Assembly: GCA_964458775.1 (NCBI GenBank)
Contig: CAYWLQ010000009.1
Span: forward strand, 3,077 to 67,076
Direction of reading: 5' to 3'
Source of the DNA: an uncultured Myxococcales bacterium
GTDB taxonomy: Bacteria; Myxococcota_A; Polyangia; JAAYKL01
Length of the DNA: 64,000 nt
This document shows, piece after piece, positions 47,608 through 58,270 of the stretch. Within the stretch, counting starts at the first letter, position 1, and every line of letters starts with the position of its first letter. A program made the translations under genes and the position numbers. The notes beneath the pieces were generated by a model. It was not told where the DNA came from. It worked only from the letters and a program-made list of their open reading frames with translations, and searched no databases.

Positions 47608-48759
47608 ATGTTAAAGATAATAAAAGGTTTTGTCATTGCCGGTTTGTTTATACTTGGTTGTAGTAAGAACGGTCCTTGTCCGGACAAATCCGACTATCTC
47701 GGTGATAAACCAGGAAAAGATACAAAACAGTGGTGTGAAAAAAAACTTGCTGATGGAAAAACTGTAAAAGACGGTCAGTTCTATATATGGCATTCTCCAA
47801 CGCAAAAGAAGATTGAAGGCTTTTATAAAGAAGGAAAAAAAGAAGGAACTTGGACGAGCTACCATCCAAACGGAAAAAAGAAAGATGTTGGAAATTTTGT
47901 TAATAACAAAAGAGAAGGACTATTGACCGTATGGAACCAAAATGGAGTTAAGATTAGCGAAGGAACGTATTCAAACGGAAAAAAAATTGGAACTTGGACA
48001 TCTTGGTATGAAAACGGAAAAATGAAGGCCCAAGGTGAGTGGAAAAACGGCCGACGTAATGGTAAATGGATACGATACGACAAAAACGGCAAGGTAGCAA
48101 CAGAAGGATTCCATAAAGAAAACAAGGAAGTCGGTCAATGGACTCATTTTTATCCCAACGGTGCAAAGAAAGAAGTCGGCACTTATGACAAAAACAAAAA
48201 GAAAACAGGTAAATGGCAGCTTTGGTATGAAAATGGGAAACTGCGTTCAAAAGTTACCTATAAAGGCGGAAAAAAGAACGGATTATCAGTAAATATGTAC
48301 AATGGCGGGAAGAAGAAATCAGAAGGATCGTGGGTTTCTGACAAACAACAAGGCCAATGGACCTACTGGTATGAGAACGGTCAATTAAAATCAGAAGGAA
48401 GTTTTAACAAAGGCAAACGAGATGGTTTATGGACTTACCAGTATGAAAACGGTCAGAAAAAATCAGAGGAAAATCTTTCAAATGACAAAAGGAACGGACA
48501 AGCTACTTATTGGTACGAAAACGGTCAAACAGCATCTGCCGGAAATTTCAAAAACGGTACAAGAATAGGCAAATGGACTTTTTGGTATGATAACGGAAAG
48601 AAAAAGTTTGAAGGTGATTTCGAAAACAATACAGTTGCTGAAGGCGCAACATTCTTTGATATTAACGGTAGGAAGATGAACCCGCCTGATAATATTAAAG
48701 AGTTTCTATTTCCACCTAAAGAAAAAGTAGACCCAAAGCTTAAAACGACAACGATTTGA
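47608..48759 (+). CDS. lipoprotein built of MORN-variant (YwqK-family) repeats
   Basis: Lipobox 'ILGCS'. About 12 tandem repeats of roughly 23 aa with consensus 'G.W..WYENGK.KSEG.Y.NGK..G'. Confidence 0.7.
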   Translation: MLKIIKGFVIAGLFILGCSKNGPCPDKSDYLGDKPGKDTKQWCEKKLADGKTVKDGQFYIWHSPTQKKIEGFYKEGKKEGTWTSYHPNGKKKDVGNFVNNKREGLLTVWNQNGVKISEGTYSNGKKIGTWTSWYENGKMKAQGEWKNGRRNGKWIRYDKNGKVATEGFHKENKEVGQWTHFYPNGAKKEVGTYDKNKKKTGKWQLWYENGKLRSKVTYKGGKKNGLSVNMYNGGKKKSEGSWVSDKQQGQWTYWYENGQLKSEGSFNKGKRDGLWTYQYENGQKKSEENLSNDKRNGQATYWYENGQTASAGNFKNGTRIGKWTFWYDNGKKKFEGDFENNTVAEGATFFDINGRKMNPPDNIKEFLFPPKEKVDPKLKTTTI

Positions 48760-48858
48760 AGTAAAAAATTTTATGTTGATAACCTATTATCCTCACCTAT
48801 TCTTTTAAGTTGAAAATTAATTTTTTAATTCAAGAAAAACATTCTTTGAATATTACTA

Positions 48859-50271
48859 TCAAATATTGTTTTTTCCCCAAAAAGCAAATAACAGATCTGC
48901 TGCATTGGTCTGAGTAGGTCCGGTTATTAAAAGCTCATTTAGTGTATCAAAAAAAGCATAAGAATTATTGTCATCTAAGAACGCCTGAGGGTTCATATTT
49001 TGACTTTTTGCACGACGGATTGTTTGAACGGTTGCTGCTGCTCCGGCTGCGTTAGTCGGACCGTCCTTTCCGTCTGTGGCCAAAGATAAAAAAACAACAT
49101 CGTTCATTTGATCCATCAAAGAAGCTTCTATTGCTGCAGATAAAACAGTCTCTTGGTTTCTTCCGCCGGTTCCCATACCCTTAACAGTAACCGTTGTTTC
49201 TCCTCCCCAAATTAAACATGAAAGTTCATTGTCAGAAGTTGTTCTTTTGGCTTTTTGTACAATGTGAGCAACTTTTTTGCCGACGTCTTGGGCTTCCCCG
49301 TTTAGCGTTTCAGAAATCAACAAGCTTTTCACTCCCATGCTGTTTAAGCATGAATCGGCTGCATTGGCTGCCTGTCTGTTTCCGCCGATAATAAAATTAT
49401 TGACACGTTCAAACACCGGATTATTTGGCTTGCATGTTTCTGAAATACTACCGGATGCTCCGTTTTCAAGATGTGAAATAACAGTTTCAGGAATTCGCTT
49501 TGTCAGGTTTAAATTATTTAGACAAGCAAGGGCATCATCATATGTTGAAGAATCCGGAGCAGTCATTCCTGAACCGATCGTGTCCAAATCATCATCAGCA
49601 ACGTCAGACAGAATAAGAGAAACAACTTGCGCAGGTGATGCTTCCAAGGCCAACCTTCCTCCTTTGATTGCAGACAAATGCTTTCTGACAATATTCAGCA
49701 TTTTTATATCAGCTCCGGAAAGCAACAGCTCTGAAGTAACACATTGTTTATCCTTGAGAGATAATCCAGCGGCAGGAAGTGCTAAGAGGGATGATGCTCC
49801 TCCTGAAATCAATACGATAAGAAGGTCGTTTTCGGTAAGATCGGCTGCGAATGAGAGCACCTGATTTGCAGCAAACAGACTTGATTCATCCGGCAGAGGG
49901 TGTGAGGATTTTATTATCCTTACGGTTCCGTTATTCCAAGAGCGATTTTCTGAATTATCATGTGTTGCTACAATTCCTGTCTCAATTCTATTCCCAAGTA
50001 TGTTCCATAAAGCATGTGTCATACCACATGCTGCCTTTCCTCCGCCTACAACTCTAATACGTTGAATTTTTTCAAGTGAAATTCTATGGGAATTAACCAA
50101 TAGACATCCATTTTGATAGTACACTGCATTGTCAATGCAAGTCACAGGATCTATAGCGTTAAGTGCAGAGTTAATAGCTGATACAGCAAAGGAACAAAAA
50201 GAACTTTGTTTAAGGCTTCTAGGTATTGAAAGGATTTGGGGAAACCTACCGTCAGTTTCAACAACGGTCAT
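48859..50271 (-). CDS. glycerate kinase (glycerate 2-kinase, MOFRL/DUF4147 family)
   Basis: 'VVGGGKAACGM', 'LISGGASSLL', 'SDVADDDLDTIGSGMT' and 'LIWGGETTVTVKGMGTGGRNQE'. Confidence 0.8.
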   Translation of the reverse strand: MTVVETDGRFPQILSIPRSLKQSSFCSFAVSAINSALNAIDPVTCIDNAVYYQNGCLLVNSHRISLEKIQRIRVVGGGKAACGMTHALWNILGNRIETGIVATHDNSENRSWNNGTVRIIKSSHPLPDESSLFAANQVLSFAADLTENDLLIVLISGGASSLLALPAAGLSLKDKQCVTSELLLSGADIKMLNIVRKHLSAIKGGRLALEASPAQVVSLILSDVADDDLDTIGSGMTAPDSSTYDDALACLNNLNLTKRIPETVISHLENGASGSISETCKPNNPVFERVNNFIIGGNRQAANAADSCLNSMGVKSLLISETLNGEAQDVGKKVAHIVQKAKRTTSDNELSCLIWGGETTVTVKGMGTGGRNQETVLSAAIEASLMDQMNDVVFLSLATDGKDGPTNAAGAAATVQTIRRAKSQNMNPQAFLDDNNSYAFFDTLNELLITGPTQTNAADLLFAFWGKNNI

Positions 50272-50284
50272 GATCTTTCCGCCC

Positions 50285-51367
50285 CTATATTTCTTCTACA
50301 GTCGGTTTAGAAGATAGTAGAACTGAAGCAAGCTTAACAAGAGGAATGGCAGATGAATAATCCATTCGAGATGATCCTACGACACCAATTTGCCCCTCTA
50401 GGCCGGTTCTTCCAAACGGAGCACTTATCATAGCGCAGCCGTCAAAGCTTTCTCCTCCTTCTCTGCCGATAATCACAACTAGCTTGTCTGTTTCTTCTGC
50501 TGCTTGGTCCAATAGAGCTAAAATGCGGCTTTTTTCTTCTAAAAACAACATAAGTTCTTTTAATTTGTCTCTAAGTTCAGGTTGAGCCGCCAATCTACTT
50601 CGGCCGTCTACAACTAATTCTGAACCGTCGTTTATGCTATTCTTCAATGCCTCTGTTCCAAGTTCTGTCGCTTGTTTTCTCATAGCATCACATTTTTTTT
50701 CGGCGTCTTCAAGTTCAGCCCTTAGAATCTCTCTGGTTTCATTGAGAGTTCTTCCTGAAATAAGATCACCCAAATAGTTGTGAACTCTTTCCAATTCGCG
50801 ATCATTTAAGGGTACCTGAGTTTTCACATAGGTATTATGTACCAAACCCTCTCTTGTAATTATTACTGCGAGAAGCGAACCCGGTGCAAAAGGAATGAAA
50901 CGGAGCTGTTTGATAACCGATTCTGTAAGCGAAGGTGTTATAACAAGAGCTGCCTGATTAAGAAAGTCAGAGAGAATTCGAACAGTTTCTTGTCTAATAT
51001 CAGGATTTGTTTTGTCGAGAGTTCTTAACTGCTTCATTGCAGCATTTCCCGGCAATGACATTTGCGTGGAAGTCTCATTTCTGAGAGTATCAACAAAAAG
51101 CCGCAATGCTCTATCAGTAGGTATTCTTCCGGCAGAAGTATGAGGTTGTGTGAGGTACCCCATTTCTGAAAGAGCGTGAAGTTCTCGTCTTATGGTAGCC
51201 GGAGAAAAACCCAGGTTGCCGACAATAGATAATCCTGTTGAACTAACCGGTCTTCCTGACGAAACGTAGGAGGCTACTAAATGAAAAAGTATTTGTTTAC
51301 GCCTTTTATCTACATGTTCCTGATCAATTGTTGTTTTTGTCATTTTTTTTATTTTCCCTAACACCAT
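50285..51367 (-). CDS. hrcA: heat-inducible transcription repressor HrcA
   Basis: N-terminal winged helix 'RRKQILFHLVASYVSSGRPVSSTGLS...GFSPATIRRELHALSEMGYLTQPHTSAGRIPTDRALRLFVD' and a C-terminal HrcA domain. Confidence 0.85.
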   Translation of the reverse strand: MVLGKIKKMTKTTIDQEHVDKRRKQILFHLVASYVSSGRPVSSTGLSIVGNLGFSPATIRRELHALSEMGYLTQPHTSAGRIPTDRALRLFVDTLRNETSTQMSLPGNAAMKQLRTLDKTNPDIRQETVRILSDFLNQAALVITPSLTESVIKQLRFIPFAPGSLLAVIITREGLVHNTYVKTQVPLNDRELERVHNYLGDLISGRTLNETREILRAELEDAEKKCDAMRKQATELGTEALKNSINDGSELVVDGRSRLAAQPELRDKLKELMLFLEEKSRILALLDQAAEETDKLVVIIGREGGESFDGCAMISAPFGRTGLEGQIGVVGSSRMDYSSAIPLVKLASVLLSSKPTVEEI

Positions 51368-51406
51368 TACTTGACATAAACCTAAAAATCGTTTGTATCA
51401 GAAACT

Positions 51407-51817
51407 ATGCTCCAATTCACGGACGAACTTTCACATGAGCAGCCATTGGCCGGCAAAAAAGTTCTTTTTGCCGAAGATCAAGAACATCTGCGCACTATCA
51501 TAGTAATGATGTTAAAAGAACTTGGAGCTGACGTCATTCCTGTCGGGGACGGCTCAAGTGTTCTGCAACACTACAAAGATGATTATGAGGACATTGATCT
51601 AGTTCTGATGGATGTTAAGATGTCCGGACTTGCCGGAACCGAAACTTTTCAGCGTTTAATTGAAATGGATCCTGCTGTTAAGGTAGTGCTTACTTCAGGC
51701 ACAACTCCGGACGAAGATATTATGGATCTGCTGCAAAAACACAAGGGCGGTTTTATAGAAAAACCTTTTAATTTAAGTCTCTTAGGTGATGTCTTACAGC
51801 AGGTTCTTCAGGGATAA
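51407..51817 (+). CDS. single-domain response regulator (CheY-like receiver)
   Basis: 'KKVLFAEDQEHLR', 'DLVLMDVKMSGLAG', 'KVVLTSG', and the conserved K in 'FIEKPF'. Confidence 0.8.
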   Translation: MLQFTDELSHEQPLAGKKVLFAEDQEHLRTIIVMMLKELGADVIPVGDGSSVLQHYKDDYEDIDLVLMDVKMSGLAGTETFQRLIEMDPAVKVVLTSGTTPDEDIMDLLQKHKGGFIEKPFNLSLLGDVLQQVLQG

Positions 51818-51827
51818 AGAGGTTTGT

Positions 51828-52415
51828 TTAGTTAGTAGACTTTTTTGCAGGAGACGATGCTGATGCTGCACCTTTGTACTGGGCATTATATTTCTGAATA
51901 AGTTGATCTGTAAGATCCATATGTGACGGACCCCAAACTACAGCTCCGGCAGAACGGTCAAAAATCATAGTATATCCTTCTGTTTTACCTATCTGCTCCA
52001 AGATTTTTTGCATCTTTTCAAGAATATCTTGTGTGAATTCAGCTTCTTTCGTGCTCAACTCTCTTTGAAATCTGGCATATGACTGCTGTAATTCATTAAC
52101 AGATTGATAATACTCTTCAACTTTCTTCTGCATGGCTTCTTTGGTCAGTATATCCTGCTGTTTTTCGAGGGTGCTTTTCATATCGATGATTTTCTTTTCC
52201 TCTGATTCAATTTTCTTTTGCAGCTTGTCTTTTAGTTTTGTCAGCTTGTCCATTGCTGCTTTACCTTCTACTGTTTCGTTTAAAGCGCGGCGCAAATCAA
52301 CATAGGCAAGCTTGATTTTATCCTGAGCCATTGCTGCTGTTACCCCTGCTGTGATCATTAGCGCTGCCAATACTGCTGAAATCATACGAATTTTCATTTT
52401 CTTACTCCTGCTCAA
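51828..52415 (-). CDS. skp: periplasmic chaperone Skp (OmpH)
   Basis: Signal peptide plus a coiled-coil Lys/Glu-rich body, directly downstream of bamA. Confidence 0.8.
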   Translation of the reverse strand: MSRSKKMKIRMISAVLAALMITAGVTAAMAQDKIKLAYVDLRRALNETVEGKAAMDKLTKLKDKLQKKIESEEKKIIDMKSTLEKQQDILTKEAMQKKVEEYYQSVNELQQSYARFQRELSTKEAEFTQDILEKMQKILEQIGKTEGYTMIFDRSAGAVVWGPSHMDLTDQLIQKYNAQYKGAASASSPAKKSTN

Positions 52416-52563
52416 TACAACCGCGTAAATGCGAAGCGACGTTTTTTCACGTCGTTTTTTATGCTTTGACCGCTTTGGGGGTCAAACTATTTATATTTTT
52501 TCGACTAGTTTTGTTAAAAACATTGTGCCGAAGATCGAACTCTAACTAACTAAACTCTTGAGT

Positions 52564-55086
52564 CTAAAAGAAATTCCCGAAGGTAAACTCAAACATAAAA
52601 TTATCTTCGTCATTGTATGTTTTTGTGGGCCATCCCCATTCAAAACGAAGAGGTCCCATCGGCGACATCCATCTAAATCCGAAACCTGCAGAAGTTCTGA
52701 GATATACCGGATTACGATTGCAAGGATCATTAAATACATTAATGCCTCTTCCAGTACCTGCCTGACACCAAGTATCTTCTAAATTAAACGAGTTACCTGC
52801 ATCAAAAAATACAACCCCCTTAATTCCCATCATCTCAACAATTGGAAATTCTATTTCAGTATTAAAAGTAACCCGCATATTTCCGCCGATATTAACACCG
52901 TAGTTCATCGGCGATTGATTGGGGTCAAAATTCTTTGAGATAGACAATCTCGGTCCAAGAGACCATGGGTAGAATCCTCTGACATCCATAATACCGCCTG
53001 AACGATAACGATGTACGATGGCTAACCCTTCTGAATTGTTTGAATAGATAAGTCCAAAGTTACCTTGAAAACGAAATACAAGTTTCCAAAACAACGGTGC
53101 ATACCATCTAGAGGAGAGTGAATACCGAGTAAATCCAAAATCTGACACAATATAAGGAGAAGCCCACTCTACAGACAACATATTATAGTGACCCTTGGTC
53201 GGAAACAATCTGTTATTTCTTCTGTCAAAAGCCAGCTTAGCTTGTAAAATGGAAGAAAAACCTTCTTTAAATAAGTGTGCCAGAGGCAAATCGGCAAATC
53301 CTGAATCAATGCTTCTTCCTCCGGAGATAAGCAAGCCTCTGCTTGTATCGGTGTCGACCTTGTCGTAAGAAAGGCTGTAGGTAAGATAGAGTTTTAAATC
53401 ACGATGCCCAAGAGAATGCCCAAGAGTAAGATCCCCTCCTGTTGATCTCTTGTTGTAGTCGATTTGGGACATGACTGTATTATAGATACTAAAAGCTAGA
53501 GTCCAATTGGTATCCAAGAAATAAGGTTCCCAAAAATTTCCCATAAAAATCTGACGCATGGAAGACATCTGGATTTGAAGGGATAGGGTTTGGCCGTGAC
53601 CTAAGAAGTTTTGTTCTGACACTTGAGCTTGCGCAATGAATTTTTCAATGGAGCTAATACCCATTCCCACCTGAAACTGGCCGGTATGCTTTTCTGTTAT
53701 TTCAACCGTAAGACTGATCTTGTCTTTTGAGCTTCCGGGAGTTTCTGTAATGTCGACGCTTTCAAAAAAGCCTAACTGTGTGACTCTGGCTTTTGAAGCT
53801 TCTATTCCGGTTTTGCTGTAACGAGCTCCCTCGTTAACAACTACTTCTCTTCGGATAACTCTGTCTTTGGTTTTTGTATTGCCGCGAATATCTATTCGCT
53901 CAAAATAAACCATCGGTCCGCGAACAATATCGAAAACCAAATCGACTATTCGTGTTTCGGGATTGGTCGGAGTTCCCAAATTAACATTAACGTGAGCATA
54001 GCCCTTATCTTGATAATATCGAGTAATTCGGTTTACATCTTCCATTACCGAAGTTCGAGAAAACCAAGTTTCTCGCTCTGTCTTTGCCATAGAGCGAACA
54101 ACTCTCCTTCCTCCAAGTAACTCAATCGAATTGTTGTTTTCGTCGTGTTCTTGAACTTTTATTCTTCCCACACGATATCTAGGGCCTTCTTCAATCGGAA
54201 TCGATAAAAAAATGTATCGTCGATCAGCTGAAAGTTCAACTCTGGGAGAACCGACCTTTACATCAAGATATCCGTGATCCCAATATACTGCTGAAATAAT
54301 TGTGACATCTTGTTCGAAGTTTTCCTTGTTGAAGGTTCCGGAGCTCGTCAGCATCGAAAGCGGACCTCCGGTTCTGGTAGACAAGTATCGAGCAATAGCA
54401 GCATCGGAAAGAGCTTTGTTTCCCACAAATGATATTCGCTTAACCTCTACTTTTGCATGTTCATCTATTTCAAAAACAACATCGTATGCATTTTCTCCGT
54501 TTTGTTCCAACTTGTAGTCAATAATGGATAAAAAATAACCCTTTTCAGAATACAAATCTCTGATCTTTTGTAGATTTCGATGAATAGAGGGATCATCTAA
54601 GGGTTTATTAGCCTCCAAGTCGATTACTTCTTTAATATCGTCATCATCAATCTCGCTATTACCCTCAAATTTTACCTCATTTACAGCGGGTTTTTCTTCT
54701 ATTGAAAAGACAACGACTACACCGTCCTTGTGCTCTTTGAGGCTGACTTTGATATCGCTGAAAAAACCTATTGCATATAATGATCGAATATCTCGCGCCA
54801 ATCGAGCTTCGTCATAAACAGTATTGGGACGTGTTGAAATATTCGTCCTAATATCGTTTGAGCCCACTCGCTTGTTGCCTACAACCTCAATATCAACGAC
54901 AATTCGATTTCGCGCTTTGTTAGGTGAAAGCTCTGCAAGCTCTTTTTCAAATTCAGCATTTTCATCTGTATCTGTATCTGTATCTTGATCTTGTGCGATG
55001 CTGATTTTTACTTCCGTTAAAACAATAATTGCAATACCGGCTATAACTATTGATATGAATGTATTTGATGATGAGAAACGACGCAT
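52564..55086 (-). CDS. bamA: outer membrane protein assembly factor BamA
   Basis: Signal peptide, multiple POTRA-like modules, and a C-terminal 16-strand barrel ending in 'FEFTFGNFF'. Confidence 0.9.
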   Translation of the reverse strand: MRRFSSSNTFISIVIAGIAIIVLTEVKISIAQDQDTDTDTDENAEFEKELAELSPNKARNRIVVDIEVVGNKRVGSNDIRTNISTRPNTVYDEARLARDIRSLYAIGFFSDIKVSLKEHKDGVVVVFSIEEKPAVNEVKFEGNSEIDDDDIKEVIDLEANKPLDDPSIHRNLQKIRDLYSEKGYFLSIIDYKLEQNGENAYDVVFEIDEHAKVEVKRISFVGNKALSDAAIARYLSTRTGGPLSMLTSSGTFNKENFEQDVTIISAVYWDHGYLDVKVGSPRVELSADRRYIFLSIPIEEGPRYRVGRIKVQEHDENNNSIELLGGRRVVRSMAKTERETWFSRTSVMEDVNRITRYYQDKGYAHVNVNLGTPTNPETRIVDLVFDIVRGPMVYFERIDIRGNTKTKDRVIRREVVVNEGARYSKTGIEASKARVTQLGFFESVDITETPGSSKDKISLTVEITEKHTGQFQVGMGISSIEKFIAQAQVSEQNFLGHGQTLSLQIQMSSMRQIFMGNFWEPYFLDTNWTLAFSIYNTVMSQIDYNKRSTGGDLTLGHSLGHRDLKLYLTYSLSYDKVDTDTSRGLLISGGRSIDSGFADLPLAHLFKEGFSSILQAKLAFDRRNNRLFPTKGHYNMLSVEWASPYIVSDFGFTRYSLSSRWYAPLFWKLVFRFQGNFGLIYSNNSEGLAIVHRYRSGGIMDVRGFYPWSLGPRLSISKNFDPNQSPMNYGVNIGGNMRVTFNTEIEFPIVEMMGIKGVVFFDAGNSFNLEDTWCQAGTGRGINVFNDPCNRNPVYLRTSAGFGFRWMSPMGPLRFEWGWPTKTYNDEDNFMFEFTFGNFF

Positions 55087-55434
55087 ACGCTGATTTTGTT
55101 CCTCCCGATGTCGCCCAAGGGTGACAATTAAGATTTCGACGTTGTACGTCGTGAACGATGTATAGTCAACTACAGTAATCTTTAGAGTTTCTCTAAAAAG
55201 GTGGAAGAGAAAGATTAGATATTATAAATTCAATGAAAACAGTTTCATTTTCGAGAAAGAATGGTCGGCACGGAGAGGCTATTACGGCCGGCGTGGAGAG
55301 AGTACAAATTGCTTTTCGGAAAGCGTCCAAAACCAAGAACAGTCGTTAATTTCAAACATATTGCCATGTTATTGGAAATTTTCGATTGGATTTTTGCATA
55401 ATTGAGGGGCTGTTGAACAAGTAAAGCAGCAAAT

Positions 55435-57039
55435 TTACCCTGTTTTACTCTTGTTTTTTTGCAGACGTTGATAGAGTGCGGCCCCTCTGGCATTTAGCAA
55501 CACCCAGAGTTCTCTAAATTTCGTATAAAAATATCGGTTATTATGATTTATGCGAACAGCTGATTTGACGGCAAAATCTTGTATTTCAGCTGCGGTCTTG
55601 TGATGATGGGTTAGAGAAAAATCAAGAGCAATGCGCAGCTCCTTTACGGTATCTAAATGTGCCTCTGACAGCAGATCGTCAACAGATCTGCTGATATTGT
55701 CTGTGGCTTCTCCAGGAAAAAAGGCTTCGTGTGCTTGACGAGCGAAAGAAATGCTTATGAGCTTATTTAGTAAGCTGCTTACCGCAAAAGCACGTTCGTG
55801 AAAGCTTACTCTTAAGATCCTAAACATTATTTCACAAACGGGATCTCGCATTTCGTATCCGAAGTTGCGATAGTCTCCGGTCAGTCGGTTTTCTGCTTCC
55901 AGTGCGCGCAAGAGAGGGGTCCCCGAATAAATCTCTGTTCGACAGACATTCCACGGCAAATGGTGAACTGTTTCTGCAAAGTCAATTGTGGTTGCTACAT
56001 CTTCAACAGAGCAATCCGGATCAAACAACATTAAATTGAAAGACGGTCTAATGCCGTTTTCCTCGCAGTTGCGAATAGCCTCAATATTATGAAAGTGTTG
56101 ATGGGTTCTTCCTAAATACATTAGCCTTTGGTCTGAAGCGTTTTCAACGCCCAAAAACATATGTACTACTCCAAGTTCTCGCGCTGTTTTTGCAATATCT
56201 TGGGTAATAGATTCAGGCCTTCCCTTTACCCAAAAAACAGGTGTATCAAGACCTCTTCTTTGAAGTGCAGCTGACATTTCGTGCATGCGACGAAGGGTTC
56301 TTTGTCGATTAGGCAGAACAAAGAGATCATCCTGAAAGAAGAAAGTTCTAATATCGCATTGATGGTAGTGATCTGCGATTTCGTCCGCGACGGATTCTAC
56401 TTGACGCAATCTGAGCAGCGGTCCTCCGGCATCTCTACCAAAAGACTGTATAGAACAATATGTACAAGCACCAAAACATCCCCTGGCTGTAATAACAAAA
56501 GCAACAGGCACTCCGCCTACCGAAAACGGACCGGGATTTCTTAACTTCGGTCTTGGAAGTATATCCAAATCTTTTATCGTAGGGCGCGGCGGCTCAACAA
56601 CGATGCCTCCTTCGCTTCGATATACCAACCCTTTTATTCCTTTGAGTTGTTTGCTGTTTTCAAGAGTTTCGACCAATTCATTTAAGGTATGTTCACCCTC
56701 GTGTCTTACAACTGTGTCTATTGCAGAACAGTCTTTTAGAATATTTTCGTAACAAAAGGTAGGCACATGGCCGCCGCATGTAATGTGACCGTCAAATCCT
56801 GCTTTTCGAATTACAGATGCCAAATGCAGATAGTCATTAACTGCAAATTGAAAAGAAATACCGAGACCTATTACATCTGGATTATTTTTAACTATTTGTT
56901 CGGTACATGTGTTTGTATCGTCTTTATTGTTAAAGCGAATTAATTCTGCTTCGTGACCGGCGCTTTCTAAAGAAGCAGCCAAATATCTCAGAGGCAAATT
57001 GTCTTGCTGATCGGGACCTATTAAAGCAATTTTAGCCAT
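55435..57039 (-). CDS. cobalamin (B12)-binding radical SAM (class B) enzyme
   Basis: The N-terminal B12-binding Rossmann region ('KIALIGPD...GLGISFQF...ITCGGHVPT') is followed by '[13 protein letters not shown]', a CxxxCxxC-type radical SAM cluster motif. Start taken at MAKIALIG. Confidence 0.8.
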   Translation of the reverse strand: MAKIALIGPDQQDNLPLRYLAASLESAGHEAELIRFNNKDDTNTCTEQIVKNNPDVIGLGISFQFAVNDYLHLASVIRKAGFDGHITCGGHVPTFCYENILKDCSAIDTVVRHEGEHTLNELVETLENSKQLKGIKGLVYRSEGGIVVEPPRPTIKDLDILPRPKLRNPGPFSVGGVPVAFVITARGCFGACTYCSIQSFGRDAGGPLLRLRQVESVADEIADHYHQCDIRTFFFQDDLFVLPNRQRTLRRMHEMSAALQRRGLDTPVFWVKGRPESITQDIAKTARELGVVHMFLGVENASDQRLMYLGRTHQHFHNIEAIRNCEENGIRPSFNLMLFDPDCSVEDVATTIDFAETVHHLPWNVCRTEIYSGTPLLRALEAENRLTGDYRNFGYEMRDPVCEIMFRILRVSFHERAFAVSSLLNKLISISFARQAHEAFFPGEATDNISRSVDDLLSEAHLDTVKELRIALDFSLTHHHKTAAEIQDFAVKSAVRINHNNRYFYTKFRELWVLLNARGAALYQRLQKNKSKTG

Positions 57040-58270
57040 GTAAAGTGCTGTGTTTAAAGTAAAAAGATGATGTACCGACAGATGTTCCTCTTTTAACGAC
57101 AACTTGTATGTGGTGATAGCCTCCGGATGAAGGAAGTTCCCAAATCACACCGCCCAAATTAGAATCAGAAACATTACCGTCTGAGGGAATCCATTCGTAT
57201 TGCAAAGGTCCGTTTCCGCCGCAAACTTCAGCAACCAAACAAACCGACCTTGAACTTAATGCAACCGGAACAATGTTTGTATGGATCGCCTGACTCAAAG
57301 GGGCTTCCTCTTCTGACTGTTTTGGAATAATCGGACTGGGTGCCATTTCGCAAATAAACTCGCACACCGTACAAGTGCCGCCTGAGCTGACCCAGTTAGC
57401 AGGAGCATTGCCTTCACACCAATTCAGGTAGGTCAGTGTTTCTACCTTTTTTGTATGTTCGCCGGCTTCATCACATCTAACATCCATTGTTACTTTTATT
57501 TGTAACTCAGAACGATAAAAACTATCAATGTTCACTTCGGAGGGCCAAAAAACAGTAAATGAAAACCCTTCTGTGTCATCAATTAGGTCCAAAACAGTGA
57601 CTTCGTACAATATTGTCGGATAAGCATAGGATACTTCAATAGAGGGTTTTCCCACTACTGCATCTTTCAAGTCCGCAGGTATTATTATTCGGCCGGAAGC
57701 AATGTTTGCATTTGCTGAATATGCATTTAGGGTTACTCGCGCAGCCAAATTGCTGTCTACCGGTTCGTCGGAGTTGGCGCAAATAGCAAAAGCTTCTGCG
57801 TCTACTCCCGGAGGAGGTGACGAGACAACAAACTCGTTAGGATAGCTGTAATTCGGGCAAGGGTCAGCATCGGAATCAGTATCGGCGTCAGCGTCAGCAT
57901 CGGCATCAGCGTCACCATCGGCATCCATGTCAGTATCGGCATCCATGTCGGCATCAGCATCAGAATCTGCATCTATATCCATATCAGCATCAGCATCTAT
58001 GTCCATATCGGCATCAGCATCAGCATCTATGTCCATATCAGCATCAGCATCAGCATCAGCATCTATGTCCATATCGGCATCAGCATCAGCATCGCCATCA
58101 GCATCTGAATCGGCATCAGCGTCAGATGCCGAGTCACTGCTTAAATCCGTACTGGAATCTGTGTCGAATACGATGTTTTTACTATTGCCCTCTATGCAAC
58201 CCGAAACTGAAGAAAGAAGCAAACCGCACAATATTAAAATAAAGACTGTTTTACGAGGTTTGTTACCCAT
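57032..58270 (-). CDS. lipoprotein with a 93-aa (Asp-Ala / Asp-Met-Asp-Ile)n tract and an unknown Cys-containing C-terminal domain
   Basis: Lipobox 'SVSGC', then '[91 protein letters not shown]'. Confidence 0.5.
   Translation of the reverse strand: MGNKPRKTVFILILCGLLLSSVSGCIEGNSKNIVFDTDSSTDLSSDSASDADADSDADGDADADADMDIDADADADADMDIDADADADMDIDADADMDIDADSDADADMDADTDMDADGDADADADADADTDSDADPCPNYSYPNEFVVSSPPPGVDAEAFAICANSDEPVDSNLAARVTLNAYSANANIASGRIIIPADLKDAVVGKPSIEVSYAYPTILYEVTVLDLIDDTEGFSFTVFWPSEVNIDSFYRSELQIKVTMDVRCDEAGEHTKKVETLTYLNWCEGNAPANWVSSGGTCTVCEFICEMAPSPIIPKQSEEEAPLSQAIHTNIVPVALSSRSVCLVAEVCGGNGPLQYEWIPSDGNVSDSNLGGVIWELPSSGGYHHIQVVVKRGTSVGTSSFYFKHSTLHG
57863..58141 (-). repeat. about 280 bp of tandem (GCATCR)n hexanucleotide repeat with a higher-order unit of about 30 nt
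   Basis: Plus strand: ...catcagcatcagcatctatgtccatatcggcatcagcatcagcatctatgtccatatcagcatcagcatcagcatcagcatctatgtccatatc... Confidence 0.8.

Noticed and set aside
55087-55434. Structured RNA in the 348-bp region upstream of bamA (imperfect hairpin around ggtcggcacggagagg...ccggcgtgg)
   Set aside because: The pairing is imperfect and matches no family I can recognise (RNase P, SRP, 6S or tmRNA motifs are absent). It is more likely promoter or leader sequence.
55245-55493. 82-aa ORF downstream of the B12 radical SAM gene considered as a RiPP precursor peptide
   Set aside because: It overlaps the rSAM 3' end, has no leader/core features or Cys/Ser/Thr-rich core, and has no RBS. It is more likely a spurious ORF in the bamA upstream region.
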